From Lingula anatina (Eukaryota > Animalia > Brachiopoda), in NCBI GenBank assembly GCA_051362555.1, contig CM120644.1, positions 25,008,534 through 25,072,533 on the forward strand: a DNA stretch of 64,000 nucleotides, given 5' to 3'. Made by a program: the position numbers and the translations under genes. Below the pieces are notes generated by a model. The model was not told the origin of the DNA. It saw nothing but the letters and a program-made list of their open reading frames with translations, and searched no databases. Shown here one piece after another: positions 59,801 through 64,000 of this stretch (the stretch's first letter is position 1; each line of letters starts with the position of its first letter).

Positions 59801-62800
59801 ATGGCACTCAACAAATTATATATAGGTTTTGAATTTTTTTCCACGTGACAGTAACATAAAATTTATGTCAACTTTTGAAATGTATAGAGTCAGTTAGGTG
59901 ACTGAAAATATTTTAAAATGTCATGAAGGAGCACTATTAATTTAATGCAATCTCTGTTGGCCAGTCTTATCCAGTTTCCTCTCCAAAAAGGACAACTCAA
60001 GTGAGAATTTCTTCAGGGCCTTTTCTTCTGCCTGCCATTGCCATGCCACTCAGAAGAGAGAAACCTGTAGGTTAGAAAAAAAACATAATAATAGCATTAT
60101 GAACTACTAGTATCCATGTAGACATTACAGAATTACGCAGTGAAGTTTAATGTGTCTTGTTATGACTTGACTGAAATAATGTTCACCACATAAATGAACA
60201 ATTTACAACTAAATTTATGTAGAATATCAAGATTCATGATGACAAGCTAATAACCCCAAGAAATTGAAAGAAATTGTACTTATTACAAGAAATTATTTAA
60301 ATCCGGCCTGTTTCCTACTCTTCTGACAGGACAAAAAGGGGATTTCATAGAGGCTGGTTGCTAAAAGGAAAATGCCCAAGGTTGTTGTATTTTGAAATAA
60401 ATTAAAAAGGGTACTGTTGTTAGTGAATGTTTAATGCATCTTAGGCATTATGACAAAAGTAACTCACCCCAGACACGCTGACCTCCATTTTTCATTGACA
60501 TTTTAAATTTTTTTCCAGCCTGACCATAATTCATATTTTCAATGCAGCCTTCTCCCATATCTATAATAGAAGAAAAAAACTTGAGTAGTGTTAAGATATG
60601 CATGTAAAATTCATTATCAATTTTGAGAGAATTTCTGTTTCAACACTGCAAGATGAAATATTTACTTTCAAGTAATGAATAAACCTTAATAGAGTTCTAT
60701 TCTTTTGTAACCACCAAGGCAAAGCTTCTTTCTTAAAATGAACTGAAACATCCAAGCTTGCCACCTAACATGCCAAAGTAGTGAAGTATAATTAAAGTAG
60801 AGAAGCAAGTACCCCTTAATAATAGAGGTGCCTTACACAATAAGGTGTGTCTTACACACCTTGACTCAAAGGGAGATGTGTAGTGAGATAACAGGTAAAG
60901 TAATTGGTGGAGCCTAGGTTAACTTAAAACCCTAAGACTTTAAATTAAGAAGCACCAGGATTCATGGGTGTTCTTTTTTCAAAGGTTTAATATGAATTAA
61001 AACATATATATGTAAAAAGAAGACTAAATAAGTTTAAAATAACTATACCAAAGACACTGTGAAGTCAAACTTCCCGTTAGACCGCCATGATGGAAAATGC
61101 TGAGTGGAGGCAAAACTTTTCCAGTCAAAATAACTGAGCACCTTACTTTAACAACAAAGTTACCACTCCAATGCCACCCACCATGGTGAGAAGAAAATAT
61201 ATGACCAACTGTCATGATAAGTCTTTTTTAGATTTAAACATGAAAAAGGTAAAGGCCAAAATGGTACATTTACCCATAACACTAGAGTAAAAAATTGGTA
61301 TTTTGAACAAATCAGGTTATTTTTTTCAAGAAATATTGGAGCAGTATCCATGCAATATATACCACGCCACGAACAAGATGTTCAAGAATCTAAACACACC
61401 AAATTTTTTTATAATCTTGCATTTGAAAAGTACAAAAAGCGGTAAGGCTTTTGGCCGTAACAAGCGTAACACTTTTTGATCGGAACTCTTGAAAATTGTC
61501 AATTGTCGTATCCAAGCTAGACCACATGTAAAATCGCAAAAAAAAACAATACTGCTCAAGCAAGTGTGTTGCAAACATAACAATTAGTTAAATTTTATGA
61601 CTGTCATGTGACACAAGTTTCAAAAAGTAGGAGGAAAATGTCTTTTGGAGTAATTTTTTTTTTTTTTGAAATATTAACAAGATGGCGGCTTAAGCATCTG
61701 CTTGTTATTCGGCTACTGAAAGTGCACTTAAGTTTTATTCTTTGCTATTGCCACAAATTACTTAACAATTGCAACTGTATAAAGACCAAACTTTCTTCAT
61801 CTGATACTATATTTATAGGCACTTGTTATGAGTGGGAAATATTTTTCGTGCAATATTTATTCTCCACACACCACCTCGCGAGATCAACGTGTAGCTGGAC
61901 ACTTACACAGTGAGACCCTACGACATAAAAGTTGCAATTTATCTTCATATTTCGTGTAGTTATGCATTTAAAAGCACTTACCTGTTTTTTTAAAACCTTG
62001 TCCAACGTAATATCATATAAATTCTGTATTTCTCTCATTTTTTAGAAACTTGGGACTCCGATTCTGTTTCTGTCCTCAAAAATCAAGAGACGAAGGCACA
62101 GATACTAACAAACGAGATTTAAACGAGAGTAGCAATTAAGCGTAACAGAGATAGGCATCCATTGTTCTCTGGGTTCTATTCATTCCGACCAATGAGAGAC
62201 CGTAATACGGGCTCCGCCCCCACGCGTGTAATCTCCTTCTGTTATAACTCCTTGATCAAAGCAAGCCTTGCAGACTGGTTTTGTTCAAACTGTCGTGCAT
62301 CAAGTAAAGCTAAGTAAAGCCTGTTTCTACTTCGCAGTGTTCATCCCAGCCATAAAACTGCATGAAGGATAACAAGACTCCGTAGACCTGTGCTTCAGGT
62401 TTCCAGGAGTCCCGTGTAACACAATAATATCGAAGGCCTGAGAGTAATACATATATGAGGCCGTGTATGAAAGATTTAACAAATTAGAAATTCAAGAATT
62501 TAAACATGCTAGGTACATGCACATCACTTAATAAGTCATTTCACAAAAATCGCATCTAATTGTTTAGATTAACCTTTACTTTTATCGATCTCATCCCATT
62601 GTCTCAACCACCTAAAAGAAATATAGAGAACATGAGGAAAAGTAACACGTTTACATGCAGGCGAAGGAGTTATACTTCAATATTAATCGCGAACAATATC
62701 AACAGCGACTAAAGACCGTTGCCTGTCTTTCACACTTTTACACAAACACACGAAGGTTTAATAAAGGGAGTCGCGGCGCGATATCTACAGGTATCTCTTT

Positions 62801-64000
62801 CATTCGAACAAGCAAAGGGCTGACCCGAAGTAAGCTTTCTATACTAATGTCCTTTTTATTGTGCATTGTAATTACTCTACTTGCTCGCCTCCATTGTCTT
62901 GTAAAAGTGACAAAGAATGTGTTGTATTCACACACGAGATGAAAGAACTCCTTTACCTTAAGTTGCATAATGTCTTTCTCAAGGTTATAATCAGTGTGAA
63001 GAGGGTGTCTTGCCTCATTTAAAAAGGGTGTTGTTCTTCATACTGGTTGTTGCTTAACTTATGCTGATCTTAAACTTTTATGTACCAATATGGTTTTAAT
63101 AAATCGCTAAAATTATTAATTTAATGAACATTGTGTATCAAACGTTTTGATACGATTTAAATAAATGGACGAGGAGGATTACGGTATTAGGTTCTATTTA
63201 CCTCTGGCTTTAACTTCGCCCTGCTATATAAATGAACAAATCTTGCAGATCGTAACAAAAAACTTTCTTATAGTGTTTTATGACATATATGATTTACACA
63301 TTTGATAGTGAAACACTCCTCGACTTTAACAAATCACCTGACGTAAACTGTCTACCCGCGCTCCCCGAAAAAAACTGTTTCTTTTAATTTTGAAATGAAT
63401 TGCTTTTAAGGCAAAGAAGTCCATTAAACCCTTTAGTCTCAATATCATTGTACAGTATGTTGTAATCGATATTTAAAAAAGTTAATTTTTGTACTCCGCT
63501 TTCATCGAGGATACCTCAAGTTGAGGTTACAATTACGTCGCTCGCCTATGCTACTGGAATATATATTTAAGGACAAATTAAGCTTTGTAAAGTCCCTATT
63601 GTCACACACCATAGATACTTTATTTTGTCTTGAATGAAAAAATAGCCTCAAATTATCGTTTTGTGCTTAAACCTTTCATTACTTGAACCAAGATCTGTAC
63701 TATAGCTACCAAGACGTACATGCATCAAGTTGGGTCTGCTGGGGGAGGGGAGCATTTAAATGATAAACGAGGAAGTCTACCTGCAAAAGCAGCAGCAGTG
63801 GTTTAAATAATCGCTATCTAGACTCCTTTTTCTTTGACAGCAACATAAAAAGTGTTTAGGGAGAAAGTCACACAAAGACCCGACGTTGTTTTGTCTTCAG
63901 CATTTCCTCTTCTTTGTTATCTGCAATTACTATCGTCAATTAATGAAATCGAGAAAGCAATTAAGTGATGGCACATTGAATATAGTCACTAGGTGCATTT
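56798..64000. mobile_element. Non-coding repeat element, copy 3 (runs off the window; interrupted at 58416-62254)
   Basis: Colinear with copies 1 and 2 on both sides of the insertion. Confidence 0.9.
58416..62254. mobile_element. 3.84-kb P-element-superfamily-like non-autonomous transposon
   Basis: Perfect 31-bp TIR caaggagttataacagaaggagattacacgc, CA..TG ends and a 7-bp TSD ATCAAAG. The empty site is seen in copies 1 and 2. No transposase ORF recognised. Confidence 0.88.

Overview
AT-rich, intron-containing, transposon-dense eukaryotic DNA. The TE mix (BEL/Pao, Rex1, L2, Polinton) suggests an aquatic invertebrate animal, but this is inference. Main contents: (1) Two tandem minus-strand paralogous Roco genes. 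Copy B (52317-45480) splices cleanly into Roc-COR-Death. Copy A (14941-5537) shows only its Roc exons in this window and is preceded by a periodic array of 9-12 nt microexons. (2) A one-ended, ~9.3 kb Polinton/Maverick (adintovirus-like) endogenous virus (21102-~30372) inserted into a Rex1 LINE. It has open ORFs for packaging ATPase, adenain protease, major and minor capsid, a core protein and a truncated integrase, but no visible pPolB. A 5x84-bp repeat lies between two divergent TATA boxes. (3) Three copies of a non-coding ~4.4 kb element with TACRGT terminal direct repeats that bracket Roco copy B. One copy carries a P-like insertion with 31-bp TIRs. (4) Many decayed LINEs, a BEL/Pao remnant with nested insertions, and several MITE-like elements. 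All calls come from reading the sequence; no database searches were run.
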